From assembly GCF_006345805.1 (NCBI RefSeq), contig NC_043013.1:9114001-9178000 (forward strand): a stretch of DNA of 64,000 nt, read 5' to 3'. Every line of letters begins with the position of its first letter. The first letter of the stretch is position 1. The translations under genes were made by a program, and so were the position numbers. The notes below the pieces were generated by a model. That model worked only from the letters and a program-made list of their open reading frames with translations. It made no database searches and had not been told where the DNA came from. Shown here piece by piece: positions 61,515 through 64,000 of this stretch. This DNA comes from Octopus sinensis (taxonomy: Eukaryota).

Positions 61515-61895
61515 TGATGATCATAATAACCAGAGCATTCAGAGAGCACAAGCCTCTGCTCTGCCAAGGCAACACCAGCATCCTCTCAATGATTAGCAAG
61601 AGATGATTTTTTTAAATGAGAATATCTGAAATAAACTCAATCGCTCTCACAAAAGAGAACACTAAAAATGAATCTGACCGCTCTCAAACATTAAGGAAAC
61701 AGGAAAAATAATCCAGAATCCTTGTCCAGTTCTGGATCAATCCCAAAATTTAATCAGTTTGTGCCAGTCGCGGGGCCAAACATCCCTGAAAGTTTCATCC
61801 GAATCCATCCATTGCTTCTTGAGATAGTTTGTCCACAGACAACAAACAAATACAACTGGAAACAATACCTCGGCCTTTGCTAAGGTGGAGGTAAT
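61515..61895 (+). mobile_element. Helentron-associated (HINE-like) element
   Basis: 3' hairpin ACCTCGGCCTT-TGCT-AAGGTGGAGGT with a related subterminal motif near the 5' end. Confidence 0.55.
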
Positions 61896-62194
61896 AATCC
61901 TTTCTACTATAGGCACAAGGCCTAAAATTTTGTGGGAGGGGACACAGAATGTAAAGATGGACAAAATTCCACTAAGCATTTTGCCCGGCATGCTAATAAT
62001 TCTGCCAGCTCACTGCTCTAATCATGATCATATTAATAAATCTTTGTACTATAAAGCACAAAGCCTGAAATTTTTGGAGAGGGAGCTAGTTTATTACATC
62101 AACCCCAGTACTCTACTGCTATTTATTTCATTGATAAGGCAAAGTTGATCTCAGTGAAATTTGAACATATCGGCCAAGCATTTACACACTGCTG

Positions 62195-62390
62195 AGGAGA
62201 GCACAAGTCAGGTGGTTAGGCCACTTTGATCGAATGCCTGACACACAATTCCCCAAGAGATTGTTTTATGGCGAACTGGCAGAATGCAAGCACAAGCAAA
62301 GTGGACAGAAAAGACACTTCGAAGAGAGTCACTCAAGGCTTCAGAGAAGAGCTTTGAGATCAACCCGATGCCTGGGAAATGTAAGTATAT
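62195..62390 (+). mobile_element. RTE/BovB-like 3' fragment
   Basis: LRRAQVRWLGHFDRMPDTQFPKRLFYGEL...GQKRHF. Confidence 0.8.
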
Positions 62391-62489
62391 GACTGTCTTG
62401 CCTGACCACCTCCTAGAATCAGAATAAGTTTTGCAGGAGCACAAACAAAATGTGAACAATACAAACAATAACTCCGAGCACCTTTTCAA

Positions 62490-62830
62490 ACTACACCCGT
62501 GGACATATTTACAAAGTCAGAAAACAGCCCAGCTCCCATGACATTCGGAAACATTTTTTTTTATGGTAAGAGTTGCTGAAGCATGGAACAAACTGCCGGC
62601 ATCAGTTGTTAGTTGTCGGAGCACTGCATCCTTCAAAACTTCCATGCTTCCTGAGATTCGCCAACACTACACCTGATTTTCTCCCCTCCATACACACGCA
62701 AGCATGTATCTGACTCATACACTGTTCACTTGCCAGACATTTGTACATTACTGCATATGCTTTATACGCACTTTCTGACAAGTTGTGGTGCACCTGAGCA
62801 CTATATACAATAATTTCATTATTATTATTA
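62490..62830 (+). mobile_element. CR1-clade LINE 3' end with (ATT)n tail
   Basis: RGHIYKVRK...RKHFFMVRVAEAWNKLPASVV...SFK. Confidence 0.85.
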
Positions 62831-63034
62831 TAATAGAGACAATGCCATTGAGCAATTTGTCCAGCATGGTAACGATTCAGCCAGCTCACCACCTTATTAA
62901 TACTAATAATGTTTTTATTAACCACTAAGGGTTCACAAAAGTCATTGGAGATGTTACAGGACAGTATAATGTGGGGTTACGTATGAACATGTAATAAGTA
63001 AAAATCGGTAACAATATAAAATAATGAATATTTC

Positions 63035-63960
63035 AGGTGTAGGAGTGGCTGTGTGGTAAGTAGCTTGCTTACGAACCACATGGTTCCGGGTTCAGTCCCA
63101 CTGCATGGCACTTTGGGCAAGTGTCTTCTACTAAAGCCTTGTGAGTGGATTTGGTAGACGGAAACTGAAAGAAGCCCGTTGTATATATGTATGTTAGTGT
63201 GTCTGTGTTTGTACCCCCAACAATGCTGGTGTGTTTACATCCCCGTAACTTAGTGGGTCGGTAAAAGAGACTGATAGAATAAGTACTAGGCTTGCAAAGA
63301 ATAAGTCCTGGGGTCGATTTGCTTGACTAAAGGCGGTGCTCCAGCATAGCCACAGTCAAAATGACTGAAACAAGTAAAAGAGTAATTCCCCAAGTGTGAG
63401 ACTTCCCAGGGCTGCCAGTGAGGACCCCACAAAACCATGGTTGCCCTGACCACTAGGGCAAGTGCACCCTCCACTTTCCTCTTTCAACCTATAGGTGCCT
63501 GCTTAGAGAAGGCCTGTTTAAAGGTCTCCAGTTTTAGTGAGAGGAGATTAGTCAATCACATCAATCCCAAAGCTTGACTCTCTTTTACTTCTTTCAGTCA
63601 TTTGACTGGCCAGGCTGGAGCACCGCATTTAGTCAAGCAAATCAACCCCCAGGACTTATTCTTTGTAAGCCTAGTACTTATTCTATCGGTCTCTTTTGCT
63701 GAACCACTAAGTGACGAGGATGTAAACACACCAGCATCGGTTGTCAAGTGATGTTGTGGGGACAAACACAGACGCACAAACATATATATACATATATACG
63801 ACGGGCTTATTTCAGTTTCCATCTACCAAATCCACTCAAGACTTTGGTCGGCCCAAGGCTATAGTAGAAGACACTTGTCCAAAGTGCCACATAGCGGGAC
63901 TGAACTCGGAACCATGTGGTTGGTAAGCAAGCTACTTAGCACACAGCCACTCCTGCGCCT
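63035..63960. mobile_element. Inverted pair of SINE A copies (63035-63385 +, 63578-63960 -)
   Basis: Family A homology on opposite strands, about 190 bp apart. Confidence 0.85.
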
Positions 63961-64000
63961 ATGGTACTGGTACTTTATTTTATTAATCCCTAAAGGATAA

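Overview
AT-rich, repeat-dense animal genomic DNA, most likely Octopus (inferred from the SINE/RTE repertoire and microsatellite load; not database-confirmed). Two host genes are arranged head-to-head. TMEM42 is on the minus strand (3 exons, 156 aa) and EMC8/9 is on the plus strand (5 exons, 206 aa), with about 490 bp between their start codons. All their coding splice sites are canonical GT-AG and the frames join correctly. The rest is transposon-derived: several tRNA-head SINE families, LINE fragments (RTE, Tx1/L1, CR1, HERO), a decayed Gypsy, Tc1/mariner copies, hAT/pogo/piggyBac-type MITEs, Helitrons and long microsatellites. Most ORF-track entries are repeat artefacts. Main observations: (1) a U6 snRNA-SINE chimera bracketed by an exact 20-bp direct repeat at the EMC8 exon-2 donor; (2) three well-formed type I hammerhead ribozyme motifs plus one degenerate one, in Penelope-like fragments; (3) near-perfect inverted duplications, two of them next to hammerhead-bearing segments; (4) a 3' tail shared between a Tx1 LINE and a SINE family that forms head-to-tail arrays. 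Repeat boundaries are approximate and family names come from recognition of motifs, not from searches.
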